Positions 50,872 to 64,000 of a DNA stretch of 64,000 bases are shown here, piece after piece. The position numbers and the translations under genes were made by a program. The DNA lies in assembly GCA_038087875.1 (NCBI GenBank), contig CM075996.1, positions 2,544,001 through 2,608,000 of the forward strand, given 5' to 3'. Source of the DNA: Malacoraja senta (Eukaryota). The notes under the pieces were generated by a model. The model was given only the letters and a program-made list of their open reading frames with translations, had not been told where the DNA came from and did not search any database. The first letter of the stretch is position 1. Every line of letters starts with the position of its first letter.

Positions 50872-52283
50872 TTAACTCATAACGTCAAAAGTGACTGGAG
50901 TAGAATTAGGCCATTCGGCCCATCAAGTCTACTCCGCCATTCAATCATGGCTGATCTATCTTTCCCTCCTAACCCCATTCTCCTGCCTTCTTCCCATAAC
51001 TCCTGACACCTGTACTTATCAATAATATATCTATCTCTGCCTTAAAATATCCACTGACTTGGCCGTCTGTGGCAAAGAATTCCACAGATTCAACACTCTC
51101 TGATTAAAGAAATTCCTCCTCATCTCCTTCCTAAAAGAACGTCCAGCAAACTACTCCAGCACTTTGTGTCAGACAATCTGACTAAGCATCACTTATCATC
51201 TGGCTCAACATTCATCGTGAAAGGAATATATCTAGTAAAACAGCACTTGAATATTTGAAACAGGATTATGAATATTGACTTCTCTAACTTCAAGTAGTCC
51301 TTGCTTTCCCTCCCTCTCCATCCCTCCCCCTTCCCAGTTCTCCGACCAGTCCTACTGTCCTCCTGATTACATTTTATCTCTGTTTGCTTTGTTGTTACCT
51401 TCTCCGATCTACTCTACATTTTCCTTGCCTTCATCTCTTTTGATGTCTTGTTCACACCTGACTCTCAGTCTGAAGAAGGGTCTCGACCCGAAACGTCACC
51501 CATTCCTTCTATCCAGAGATGCTGCCTGCCTGTCCCGCTGAGTTACTCCAGCATTTGTGTCTATTTTATTTACTTCGACACAAAAATCTCTTCTTCAGAC
51601 TCGATTATTTATTATTCTTCAGACTTATTTATTTACATGTTTGTTGGGGTGGGACGTTGCAACCTTCACGTGGTTCGCCCTGTTTCGACGAATGCAATCA
51701 ACCCGGCGTGCACAATCAAATAAGATCAAATAGAACAAGTTGTCCTACAACTTTAGGCTGTGCAAATGGACAAACAAGAACTTTTTGTTAAAATATGGGC
51801 TCCATTCATTAACTATTTGAAGGGATAGATGGGCCCAGCACGAAAACCCAACTGAAGCTTGAACTCAGGATCAGATGTAAAATTATATTTCATAACCTAC
51901 GAACTTATCTCCAATGACGTATTATAAGTAACTCATTCCACCTCTTTTTTTTGTGTGATATTTGTAATGCTTTTTCTTTCTACCTCTCTTTTTCTATCTA
52001 TATAAAAAAAAACACTAGAAGCAGAATTAATCGACAGTTGACAATTTTAATAATGTATGAGTGATTGATGTATATGAAAAGTTTTTTTTTCTATTATAAT
52101 ATGTTACTATACTTTATAATATGTTTGCTTCTAATAAAAATATTAATCAAAAAAACCCCAACTTATGCAAGAAGAAGACTTGTTTGTTCGTTTTTCCCTG
52201 CAGCCGTCAGGCCATTAAACACTATAACCTCCATTAACTTCTGAACTACATAGACAATTGCTGTTATTATTGCACTATTATTC

Positions 52284-52982
52284 TGTGTGTGCGCGGGTGT
52301 GTGTGCGCGGGTGTGTGTGCGCGGGTGTGTGCGCGGGTGTGTGCGTACGGGTGTGCGCGCGCGGGCGCGGGCGGGTGCGCGCGGGCGAGTGTGGGTGCGG
52401 GGGCGCACGTGCGGGTGTGCGGGTGCGTGCGCGGGTGTGTGCGCGTGTGTGCGGGACTTGTGTGGGTGCTCGTGTGGGTGCGCGGGACTTGTGTGCACGG
52501 GACTTGTGTATGCGTGTGTGTGCGTGTGTGTGTGCGTGTGTGTGTGTATGCGTGTGCGTGTGTGCGTGTGTGTGCGTGTGTGTGCGGGACTTGTGTGCGG
52601 GACTTGTGTGCGGGACTTGTGTGCGGGACTTGTGTGCGGGACTTGTGTGCGGGACTTGTGTGTGCGGGTGGGTGTGTGCGGGACATGTGTGTGCGGGACA
52701 TGTGTGTGCGGGACATGTGTGTGCGGGACATGTGTGTGCGGGACATGTGTGTGCGGGACATGTGTGTGCGGGACATGTGTGTGCGGGACATGTGTGTGCG
52801 GGACATGTGTGTGCGGGACATGTGTGTGCGGGACATGTGTGTGCGGGACATGTGTGTGCGGGACATGTGTGTGCGGGACTTGTGTGTGCGGGACTTGTGT
52901 GTGCGGGACTTGTGTGTGCGGGACTTGTGGGCGTGTGTGTGCGCGGGACTTGTGTGCGCGGGCGTGTGTATGTGTGTACACA
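52284..52982. repeat. TG/CG-rich minisatellite (13-bp gggacttgtgtgc and 15-bp gggacatgtgtgtgc units)
   Basis: Seen directly; lies within a Rex1-like 3' UTR upstream of exon 13. Confidence 0.95.
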
Positions 52983-53148
52983 CACTGGGCCTTTTCCTCG
53001 TTTATTATAGTGTTTACAGTGCACCATGTTTACATATTCTGTTGTGTGGCTGCAAGTAAGAATATCTTTGTTCCATCTGGGACACGTGTCAATGAAACAC
53101 TGGTGACTCTTGTCTCTGTGTGTTCCTTGCCTCTTCCACCACTGACAG

Positions 53149-53285
53149 GGTGATGGTGACCGGAACCCTGGCCGACCGGCATCCTGGAGAGCTTCACCTC
53201 TTCCGTAACTACGACCCTCCGGAGTTGAAGCACGACCCGCCCTTCATGCCCACTGCAGAGTTCCAGGCCTGCACCCAACCTAAAG
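53149..53285 (+). CDS. PLA2G6: PLA2G6 exon 13
   Basis: tgacag| ... |gtacgg, 137 nt. VMVTGTLADRHPGELHLFRNYDPP. Confidence 0.96.
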
Positions 53286-54027
53286 GTACGGCTCGAAGGG
53301 CCGAATGGCCTACTCCTGCACCTATTTTCTATGTTTCTATGGGCACCTGCTTCACTGCCTGTCTACATTTAATTTGCTGATCAAAAGAAGATTCTCTAAC
53401 CTCAAGTAACCCTTGCTTTCCCTCTCTCTCTCTCTCTCTCTCCATCCCTCCCCCTTCCCAGTCCTCCCACCAGTCTGACTGTTCCCCTTCTTCTTCTTCT
53501 TTTCGTGCCCATCTTGTTACAAATGTTGCCCTCGCTGTCATCGACCGTCCTGAAAAGGACGCAAGCTTCCGGCGACAATCAGTGGGGCCATCGCTTGTCG
53601 CAATAGTTGATGGTGGTAGCGGAATTAGCTCTAAATACTCTCAGTTTCCAGCCCCGCGACGTGGGCGCTTCTGCTATAGGGACACTGTTCCCCTGATTAC
53701 ATTTTATTATATTCTGTCTGAAGAAGGGTCTGAACCTGAAACGTCACCCATTCCTTCTCTCCAGAGATGCTGCATGTCCTGCTGAGTTACTCCAGCTTTC
53801 TGTGTCTATTTAACATTTTATCTCTGTTTGTTGTCGCCTTCTGTTTAATAATGATCTGTTTTATATTTTCCTTCAACCTCATCTCTTTTGATGTCTCGTT
53901 TACCCTTCCTTATCTCTGTGTCTCCCTCTCCACTGACTCTCAGTCTGAAGAAGGGTCTCGACCTGAAACGTCACCCATTCCTTCTCTCCTGAGATGCTGC
54001 CTGTCCCAGAGATCAAAGTTTTCAAAT

Positions 54028-54268
54028 GACAGCATTCATAGCAAAAAGATTTGAGTATAGGAGCAGGGAGGTTCTACTGCAGTTGTACAGGGTCTTGGTG
54101 AGACCACACCTGGAGTATTGCGTACAGTTTTGGCCTCCTAATCTGAGGAAGGACATTCCTGCCATGGAGGGAGTACAGAGAAGGTTCACCAGACTGATTC
54201 CTGGGATGTCAGGACATTGAAGAAAGACTGGATAGACTTGACTTGTACTCGCTAGAATTTTGAAGATT
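54028..54268 (+). mobile_element. CR1 fragment, 5' part of a + strand copy split by the minus-strand CR1
   Basis: [28 protein letters not shown]...; the consensus resumes at about 57437. Confidence 0.85.
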
Positions 54269-54269
54269 A

Positions 54270-57200
54270 GATACATAGATACATAGAAAATAGGTGCAGG
54301 AGTAGGCCATTCGGCCCTTCGAGCCTGCACCGCCATTCAATATGATCATGGCTGATCATCCAACTCAGTATCCCGTACCTGCCTTCTCTCCATACCCCCT
54401 GATCCCTTTAGCCACAAAGGCCACATCTAACTCCCTCTTAAATATAGCCAATGAACTGGCCTCAACTACCCTCTGTGGCAGAGAGTTCCAGAGATTCACC
54501 ACTCTCTGTGTGAAAAATGTTCTTCTCATCTCGGTCTTCAAGGATTTCCCCCTTATCCTTAAGCTGTGACCCCTTGTCCTGGACTTCCCCAACATCGGGA
54601 ACAATCTCCCTGCATCTAGCCTGACCAACCCCATAAGAATTTTGTAAGTTTCTATAAGATCCCCTCTCAATCTCCTAAATTCTAGCGAGTATAAGCCGAG
54701 TCTATCCAGTCTTTCTTCATATGAAAGTCCTGACATCCCAGGAATCAGTCTGGTGAACCTTCTCTGCACTCCCTCTATGGCAATAATGTCCTTCCTCAGA
54801 TTTGGAGACCAAAACTATATGCAATACTCCAGATATGGTCTCACCAAGACCCTGTACATCTGCAGTAGAACCTCCCTGCTCCTATACTTAAATCCTTTTG
54901 CTATGAAAGCTAACATACCATTCGCTTTCTTCACTGCCTGCTGCACCTGCATGCCTACTTTCAATGACTGGTGTACCATGACACTCAGGTCTCGCTGCAT
55001 CTCCCCTTTTCCTAATCGGCCACCATTTAGATAAGTCTGCTTTCCTGTTTTTGTCACCAAAGTGGATAACCTCACATTTATCCACATTATACTGCATCTG
55101 CCAAACATTTGCCCACTCACCCAGCCTATCCAAGTCACCTTGCAGTCTCCTAGCATCCTCCTCACAGCTAACACTGCCCCCCAGCTTCGTGTCATCTGCA
55201 AACTTGGAGATGTTGCATTCGATTCCCTCATCCAGATCATTAATATATATTGTAAATAGCTGGGGTCCCAGCACTGAGCCTTGCGGTACCCCACTAGTCA
55301 CTGCCTGCCATTGTGAAAAGGACCCGTTTACTCCTATTCTTTGCTTCCTGTTTGCCAGCCAGTTCTCTATCCACATCAATACTGAACCCCCAATACTGTG
55401 TGCTTTAAGTTTGTATACTAATCTCTTATGTGGGACCTTGTCAAAAGCCTTCTGAAAGTCCAGATACAACACATCCACTGGTTCTCCCCTATCCACTCTA
55501 CTAGTTACATCCTCGAAAAATTCTATAAGATTCGTCAGACATGATTTACTTTCGTAAATTCATGCTGACTTTGTCCAATGATTTCACCACTTCCAAATGT
55601 GCTGCTATCCCATCTTTAATAACTGACTCTAGCAGTTTCCCCACTACCGATGTTAGACTAACTGGTCTGTAATTCCCCGTTTTCTCTCTCCCTCCCTTCT
55701 TAAAAAGTGGGGTTACGTTTGCTACCCGCCAATCCTCAGGAACTACTCCAGAATCTAAAGAGTTTTGAAAAATGATCACTAATGCATCCACTATTTCTGG
55801 AGCTACTTCCTTAAGTACTCTGGGATGCAGCCTATCTGGCCCTGGTGATTTATCGGCCTTTAATCCATTCAATTACCCAACACCAGTTCCCCGACTAACC
55901 TGGATTTCACTCAGTTCCTCCATCTCCTCAGTCCCCTGCTATTTCCGGCAGATTATTTATGTCTTCCTTAGTGAAGACGGAACCAAAGTAGTTATTCAAT
56001 TGGTCCACCTTGTTCCCCATGATCAATTCACCTGTTTCTGACTGCAAGGGACCTACATTTGTTTTAACTAATCTCTTTCTCTTCACATATCTATAAAAAC
56101 TTTTGCAGTCAGTTTTTATGTTCCCTGCCAGTTTTCTTTCATAATCTATTTTCCCTTTCCTAATTAAGCCCTTTGTCCTCCTCTGCTGGTCTCTGAATTT
56201 CTCCCAGTCCTCTGGTATGCTGCTTTTTCTGGCTAATTTGTACGCATCATCTTTTGCTTTGATACTATCCCTGATTTCCCTTGTTATCCACGGATGCACT
56301 ACCTTGCCTGATTTATTCTTTTGCCAAACTGGGATGAACAATTTTTGTATTTCATCCATGCAGTCTTTAAATGCCTTCCATTGCATATCCACCGTCAACC
56401 CTTTTAGAACTAATTGCCAGTCAATCTTGGCCAATTCACGTCTCATACCCTCAAAGTTACCTTTCTTTAAGTTCAGAACTGTTGTTTCTGAATTAACAAT
56501 GTCACTCTCCATCCTAATGAAGAACTCAACCATATTATGGTCACTCTTGCCCAAGGGGCCACGCACAACAAGACTGCTAACTAACCCTTCCTCATTACTC
56601 AATACCCAGTCTAGAATAGCCTGCTCTCTCGTTGGTTCCTCTACATGTTGGTTTAGATAACTATCCCGCATAAATTCCAAGAAATCCTCTTCTTCAGCAC
56701 CCCTGCCAATTTGATTCACCCAATCTATATGTAGATTGAAGTCACCCATTATAACTGTTTTGCCTTTGTTGCACGCATTTCTAATTTCCTGTTTGATGCC
56801 ATCCCCAACTTCACTACTACTGTTAGGTGGCCTGTACACAACACCCACCAGCGTTTTCTGCCCCTTAGTGTTTCGCAGCTCTAACCCATACCGATTCCAC
56901 ATCCTCCAAGCTAATGTCCTTCCTTTCCACTGCGTTAATCTCTCTAACCAGCAACGCTACCCCACCTCCTTTTCCTTTCTCTCTATCCCTCCTGAATATT
57001 GAATATCCCTGGATGTTCAGCTCCCAGCCTTGGTCACCCTGGAGCCATGTCTCCGTGATCCCAACTATATCATAATCATTAATAGCTATCTGCACGTTCA
57101 ACTCATCCACCTTATTACGAATGCTCCTTGCATTGACACACAAAGCCTTCAGGCTTGTTTTTACAACGCTCTTACCCCTTTTACAATTATGTTGAAAAGT

Positions 57201-57420
57201 GGCCCTTTTTGATTTTTGCCCTGGATTTGTCTGCCTGCCACTTTTACTTTTCACCTTGCTACCTATTGCTTCCGCCCCCATTTTACACCCCTCTGTTTCT
57301 CTGCTCACCCATTTAAGAACCCCACCACCTCTTATTCTCTGTTTATTATTGTTTTCTTCTTTCCCCCCTACATGTTGGGTCTGAGTGCTTCCCTTCTCAG
57401 CCTCTGCCTCACACACTGTC
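54270..57420 (-). mobile_element. CR1-clade LINE, near-complete ORF2 (APE endonuclease + RT) split by several frameshifts
   Basis: Successive minus ORFs contain [64 protein letters not shown]. The 3' UTR ends in an 8-bp repeat tail near 54270-54290. Confidence 0.95.
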
Positions 57421-57436
57421 TAAAAGCTTTCTCTAT

Positions 57437-57832
57437 GATTGAGGGGGGATCTTATAGAACTTACAAAATTCTTAAGGGGTTGGACAGGCTAGATGCAGGA
57501 AGATTGTTCCCGATGTTGGGGAAGTCCAGAACAAGGGGTCACAGTTTAAGGATAAGGGGGAAATCTTTTAGGACCGAGATGAGAAAAAACATTTTTCACA
57601 CAGAGAGTGGTGAATCTGTGGAATTCTCTGCCACAGAAGGTACTTGAGGCCAGTTCATTGGCTATATTTAAGAGGGAGTTAGATGTGGCTAAAGGTATCA
57701 GGGGGTATGGAGAAAAGGCAGGTACAGGATACTGAGTTGGATGATCAGCCATGATCATATTGAATGGCGGTGCAGGCTCGAAGGGCCGAATGGCCTACTC
57801 CTGCACCTATTTTCTATGTTTCTATGTTTCTA
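57437..57832 (+). mobile_element. CR1 3' end (continuation of 54028-54268)
   Basis: YKILKGLDRLDAGRLFPMLGKSRTRGH followed by the 3' UTR and (ttctatgt)n tail. Confidence 0.9.
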
Positions 57833-57833
57833 T

Positions 57834-57869
<36 letters not shown>

Positions 57870-60515
57870 AATTCATATTTCAGTTGTGTTTCAAAGTTGT
57901 GTTTAGGCAGAATATCATTTCGCAATGGAAAGATAAACACCGAAACTTAGTTTAGTTTGCTTAATATTATGTCTCGTGTACTGAGGTACAGTGAAAAGCT
58001 TTAGTTGCTTGCTAACCAGTCATCGGAAAGACTGTACTTAGAGCCACCTCATGTAAAAAAAAAAGAGTTAAAAAAAATATATAGTTATATGCTGTTTATG
58101 GAGTTTGTACTTTTTCCCTGGGAATGCGTGGGTTTTCTCCAGATGCTCTGGTTTCTTCCTACACTCCAAAGACATACAGGTTTATAGGCTAATTGCCTTC
58201 AGTAAAATTGTAAATTGTCCCTAGTGTGTGTAGGATAGTATTAGTGTATGAGTCGGTGAAGGGCCTGTTTCCACGCTGTATCTCTAAAGTCTATAGATTA
58301 AGTTTAGTTTAGAGATAGTGCGGAAACAGGCCCTTCGGCCCACCGAGTTCGTGCCGACCAGAGATCCCTGCACATTAACATTATCCTACACACACCAGGG
58401 ACAATTTACATTTGCACCAAGCCAATTAACCTACAAACCCGTACGTCTTTGGAGTGCGGGGTGGAAACCGAAGATCTCGGAGAAAACCCACGCAGATCAC
58501 TGGGAGAACGTACAAACTCCGTACGGGACAGCACCCGCAGTCGGGATGGAACCCGGGTCTCTGACGCTGTGAGGCAGCAACTCTACCGCAGCGCCACCGT
58601 GCCGGCTTCTATTCTACCATAAACAGTGGCAAAAGCCGGCGGGCTTCCCAGATGCTGGAATATTGTTCCCTGAGCTTCAACAATTAAAATTGCGGTCAGT
58701 GCCACAGATAGTTTTTTTTAACGTATGAAGAAAAATATAGTGTGCGTGTGGTTTATTTTTAAATGCACAAACCCAGATGTAAGACTGTCTAAGAATGTGT
58801 GCTGCAATGGAGATGGAATTTCCTTCGGCTTTGGCTTAGGAATGTACAACATGTTGGAAATGTTGTCAGCAGAAATATCCAAGACTGACTCTTTTCTTAT
58901 TGATTTTATAAGACAAGAGACAAAGTTTAAAGGAGACACATGCACAGTGAATAGTCGGTGTCTTGACCAAGGTGCCAGGGTGGTGGTGGTGGAGACAGAC
59001 AGGATAGTTGCATTTAAGAGCCTCTTAGATAGGCACATGGACATGCATAGAATGGACAAGGCACAAACTCCGTACAGACACCACCTGTAGTCAGGATCGA
59101 TCCAGGGTCTCTGGCGATGTAGCGATACGATAGAACTTTATTTATCCCAGGAGGGAAATTGGTCTGCCAACAGTCAAAAAACACAAATATATGAAACATG
59201 AAATTAAAGTGACAATAGACAATAGGTGCAGGAGTAGGCCATTCGGCCCTTCGAGCCAGCACCGCCGTTCAATGTGATCATGGCTGATCATCCCCAATCA
59301 GTACCCCGTTCCTGCCTTCTCCCCATATCCCCTGACTCCGCTATTTTTAAAAGCCCTATCTAGCTCTCTCTTGAAAGCATCCTGAGAACCCGCCTCCACC
59401 GCCCTCTGAGGCAGAGAATTCCACAGACTCACCACTCTCTGTGAGAAAAGTGTTTCCTCGTCTCCGTTCTAAATGGCTTCGAGGATGTGTGGAAAGGATT
59501 GGGGACGTGCAAAGATTGGGGATGGAGGCGGGAGGGGGGGGGGGGGGTTGGGCAGGTGGGCTGGGGGTGGCGTTAGATCCAGGTCTGATCCTGACTTCGG
59601 GCGCTGTCTGTACGGAGTTTGCACGTTCTCCCTGTGACCACACTGTGGGGTTTTCTCCGGTTGCTCCGGTTTCCTCCCAAATCCCAAAGACGTGCGGGTT
59701 TGAAGGTTAATCGGCCCTCTGTAAATTGCCCCCAGTGTGTCGGGAGTGGGGGTGAAAGGGGCGCCCCAACCTGTCGGTGAAAGGTTGGAGACTTTAGAAT
59801 GAGTAAGTTTATAAACTTAGAGAGGCGTATAAGATCATGAGAGGATTAGATCGGGTAGATGCACAGTCTCTTGCCCAGTGTAGGTGAATCGAGGACCAGA
59901 GGACATAGGTTTAAGGTGAAGGGGAAAAGATTTAATAGGAATCTGAGGGGTAACTTTTTCACACAGAGGGTGGTGGGTGTATGGAATGAGCTGCCAGAGG
60001 AGGTAGTTGAGGCTGGGACTATCCCAATGTTTAAGAAACAGTTAGACAGGTCCATGGATAGGACAGTTTGGAGGGATATGGCCCAAGCGCGGGCAGGTGG
60101 GACTAGTGTTGCTGGGACAATAGACGATAGGTGCAGGAGTAGGCCATTCGGCCCTTCGAGCCAGCACCGCCATTCACTGTGATCATGGCTGATCATCCAC
60201 AATCAGTACCCCGTTCCTGCCTTCTCTCCATATCCTCTGACTCCTCTATCTTTAAGAGCTCGATCTAACTCTCTCTTGAAAATGGACATGTTGTCCGGTG
60301 TGGGCAAGTTGGGCTGGAGGGCCACGCTGTATCATTCTATGACTCTCTCTAAACGTCTCTTTGATACCACGATAGACACAAAAAGCTGGAGTAACTCAGC
60401 GGGACAGGCAGCTTGTCTGGAGAGAAGGAATAGGTGACGTTTCGGGTGGAGACCCTTCTTCACACTGATGTTGGATGTGATTTGAAGCCTTTGTCGTTGT
60501 CTTTCTTCCAAACAG

Positions 60516-60670
60516 ACCAGCTGGTTTGGCGAGCTGCCCGTTGTAGTGGCGCAGCCCCGACGTACTTCCGACCCATGGGCAGATTTCTGGATGGGGGGCT
60601 TCTCGCAAATAACCCAACACTGGATGCAATGACTGAAATACACGAGTACAATCTGAACCTGAAGAGAAAG
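60516..60670 (+). CDS. PLA2G6: PLA2G6 exon 14 (catalytic Asp, DGG); later exons not visible in window
   Basis: aaacag| ... |gtatac, 155 nt. [45 protein letters not shown]. Confidence 0.97.
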
Positions 60671-61029
60671 GTATACATCATGCTTGTCGTCTCATTTAGC
60701 TTTTAATTCCCTTCTGCTAAAGCCGCTGTCTCAAAGCGCCGGCTTTGATCCTTTTGGTTCTGCTTGTTGTCACGTGTACCGAGGTACAGTGAAAAGCTTT
60801 TGTTTGCAACCCCCACAATTAAAATGTGGATTACGGAAATGTCTGAGACCTTACACTTGGAAAAAATTAGACTTGTTTTAATTGACAAATCAGAACTATT
60901 TGCTAGAATATGGTCTCCATTTATTTATTTTCTAAAGAGATAAATTGGTTCACATTTTAATTGTGGGGGTTGCAAACAAAAGCTTTTCAACTGTACCTTG
61001 GTTCAACACGGAAGCTGGACAAACTTGAA

Positions 61030-61497
61030 TCCAGGGATGGCAGGACTTTCATATGAAGAAAGACTGGATAGACTCGGCCTGACTCGCTGGAATTTTGAAG
61101 ATTGAGGGGGGGATCTTATAGAAACGTACAAAATTCTTAAGGGGTTGGACAGGCTAGATGCAGGAAGATTGTTCCCGATGTTGGGGAAGTCCAGGACAAG
61201 GGGTCACAGTTTAAGGATAAGGGGGAAGTCTTTTAGGACCGAGATGAGAAAAACATTTTTCACACAGAGAGTGGTGAATCTGTGGAATTCCCTGCCACAG
61301 AAGGTAGTTGAGGCCAGTTCATTGGCTATATTTAAGAGGGAGTTAGATGTGGCTAAAGGGATCAGTGGGTATGGAGAGAAGGCAGGTACGGGATACTGAG
61401 TTGGATGATCAGCCATGATCATATTGAATGGCGGTGCAGGCTCGAAGGGCCGAATGGCCTACTCCTGCACCTATTGTCTATGTTTCTATGTTTCTAG
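61030..61497 (+). mobile_element. CR1 3' fragment
   Basis: ORF 61145-61399 plus tail; shares the 'agatgtggctaaagg' deletion variant with 57437-57832. Confidence 0.88.
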
Positions 61498-61811
61498 GAC
61501 TGGATGAATAATTACACCTTATAATCTACGGACCTATCTCCAAAACCGTGTTATTGGTAATCACCTCTGTATTTACCCTTCCCTCTCTATTAGTTTATAG
61601 TTTTTTCCCTCTTATTTCTTTCTTTCTCTATAGCTCTATCTTTCAAAAAAATTTAATAAAAAATAGAAGCTTTGTATGTATGTAATTGGTAAACAAATTG
61701 TGTTTTGCTATTATATGTATATGCTTCTAATAAAAATATTTTTAAAAAAATGCTTTTGTTGCGTGCTAACCAGTCAGCAGATAGACTATGCAATAGTCAG
61801 TCAGCAGATAG

Positions 61812-62011
61812 NNNNNNNNNNNNNNNNNNNNNNNNNNNNNNNNNNNNNNNNNNNNNNNNNNNNNNNNNNNNNNNNNNNNNNNNNNNNNNNNNNNNNNNNN
61901 NNNNNNNNNNNNNNNNNNNNNNNNNNNNNNNNNNNNNNNNNNNNNNNNNNNNNNNNNNNNNNNNNNNNNNNNNNNNNNNNNNNNNNNNNNNNNNNNNNNN
62001 NNNNNNNNNNN
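61812..62011. other. Assembly gap (200 N)
   Basis: Run of N. Confidence 1.
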
Positions 62012-62368
62012 GTCCCACCATCCCGGAATTAAGGTCGTGAACCTACGTTGCACTCCCTCAATAGCAAGAGTGTCCTTCCTCAATTTAGGAGACCAAAACT
62101 GCACACAATACTCCAGGTGTAGTCTCACCAGGTCCCTGTACAGCTGCAGATGGACCGCTTTGCTCCTATACTCAAATCCTCTCATTATGAAGGCCAACAT
62201 GCCATTCGCATTCTTCACTGCCTGCTGTCCCTGCATGCTTACTTTCATTGACTGATAGGACACCCAGGTCTCGTTGTACTTCCCCTTTTCCTAATCTGAC
62301 ACCATTCAGATAACAATCTGCCATCTTGTTCTTGCCTCCAAAGTGGATAACCCCACATTTATCCACAT
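62012..62368 (-). mobile_element. CR1 RT fragment next to a gap
   Basis: [16 protein letters not shown]...[10 protein letters not shown]. Confidence 0.85.
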
Positions 62369-64000
62369 GGTGTAGGCAGCCAGTGAAAGGCAGTTGAAGA
62401 TAAACATTTGTTTAACTACACGTTCGGTTGTGCTTCCCCACACAGGCAGCCCATTCCACGATGAAGAAGGTGAGAGGGGTTTGAAGTATTGGATACATGG
62501 ATAGGAAAGGATGAGAGAGAGAGGCAGAGGGATAAGAGTCAAGCATGGGCAAGTGAAACTAGCTTCAATGGGGCTAGTCAGTGTGGATGAGTTGGGCCGA
62601 AGGGTCTGTTTTCATGCTGCACGACTGTGACAAGACATTTGCCTGGGGTAGTGGTTCGGTACAGAGGATGCAACAACATGACTTAGACTCACCTTCTGTG
62701 GGTTTGCTAGCAGCAAGACCTGTGTAATTGCGGAAGGTGGAACGATAGGATTGAATGCTGGCAGCTCGGTGCCAGAGGGAGGCTGTAGTTTCACCTTCAT
62801 GACCTGAAACACAGCAATTGAGAATATTTCTTGTGTAGGGAGGAACTGCAGATGCTGGTGGAAACCAAAGACAGGCACAAAAAGCTGGAGCAACTCAGCG
62901 GGTCACGCTGCATCTCAGGAGAGAAGGAACAGGTGACGTTTCGGGTCTGAAGAAGGGTCTCGACCCGAAAACGTCACCTATTCCTTCGCTCCATAGATGC
63001 TGCCTCACCCGCTGAGTTTCTCCAGCATTTTTGTCTACTAACGTTATTGAATCAGTCTTAAGAATATTTCTTATTTCCCTGCACAAGAAACTCAGCGGGC
63101 AGAGAATTCTCCAGCTGAGTTTCTCCAGCATTTGTGTACCTTCGATTTTCCAGCATCTGCAGTTCCTTCTTTAACACAACTATTTATATCCCCCACTGGT
63201 TCTCCTACCACCCACCTAAACTGGGAGCAATTTAGATTAACCAAAGTGGATAACCCCACATTTATCCACATGGTGTAGGCAGCCAGTTAATCTATCGGCA
63301 GCTCAGTGGTACTGCTGCTGCATCACCGTGCCAGAGACCCGGGTCAGATCCTGACCCCAGCTGCTGTGTGTGTGGTTTGCATGTTCTCCCTGTGTGTGAC
63401 CGCGTGGTTTTCCTCTGGTTTCCTGCCACATCCCAAAGTTGTGCAGGTTTGTAGGTTAATAATTGGCCCTCTGTAAAACTGAAGAGAGGGAGAATGTGCA
63501 AACTTCACACGGACAGCACCCGAGGTCAGGATCGAATCCGGGTCTCTGGCGCCGTGAGGCAGCAGCTCCACCCGCTGCGCCACAGTGATGCCGCTTCTCC
63601 TGTGGGATAATCCACAAGGGAACTTGGGAGAAGTGTTAACGAGCTGCTATTTTGGCTGAAATAACTCGTACAATGATTCAACAATGTCAAATAATAAAAC
63701 CTGCTCCAGATTCAGGGACAGTTTCTTCCCAGCTGTTGTCAGGCAACTGAACCATCCTACCACAACCAGAGAGCAGTGCTGAACTACTATCTACCTCTTT
63801 GGAGACCCTCTGACTATGTTTGATCGGAATTTACTGGACTTGCACTAAACCCAATTCACATTATTCCCTTTATCATGTATCTATACACTGTGGACGGCTC
63901 GACTGTAATCATGCATTGATTTCTGCTGACTGGATAGCATGCAAAAGCTTTTCACTGTACCTCGGTACACATGACAATAAACTAAACTCAAATGTATATT

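Noticed and set aside
60671..64000. PLA2G6 exons 15-17
   Set aside because: The expected VVSLGTG-type peptide was not found; these exons are probably beyond the window or in the gap.

Overview
Eukaryotic, intron-rich vertebrate DNA, most likely from a skate or ray (inferred from HE1-type V-SINEs, HER1-type CR1 LINEs and Penelope-like debris). Two genes lie on the + strand. The first is the 3' end of a PP6 regulatory subunit gene (SAPS/PPP6R family, closest to PPP6R3 as I recall it): six phase-consistent exons from 2020 to 10712, with an uncertain last exon and probable 3' UTR near 18.35-18.95 kb. The second is PLA2G6 (iPLA2-beta): a CpG-island promoter and non-coding exon 1 at about 19.9-20.1 kb, then coding exons 2-14 from 27748 to 60670; the last exons are not visible. 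Introns are dense with CR1 (one near-complete frameshifted ORF2 at 54.3-57.4 kb), L1, RTE, Rex1/Babar, SINEs, MITEs and micro/minisatellites. There are two 200-N gaps. The most striking non-genic signal is a family of short Penelope-terminus insertions carrying a minimal hammerhead-like motif, found as single copies, perfect palindromes with target duplications, and a 6x66-bp array. Other points of interest are a cluster of miR-130/miR-19/QKI motifs in the putative 3' UTR, an unexplained CpG-rich foldable segment before PLA2G6 exon 7, and local templated duplications. No prokaryotic-type system (CRISPR, operon) is present. Comparisons with human proteins are from memory, not database searches.
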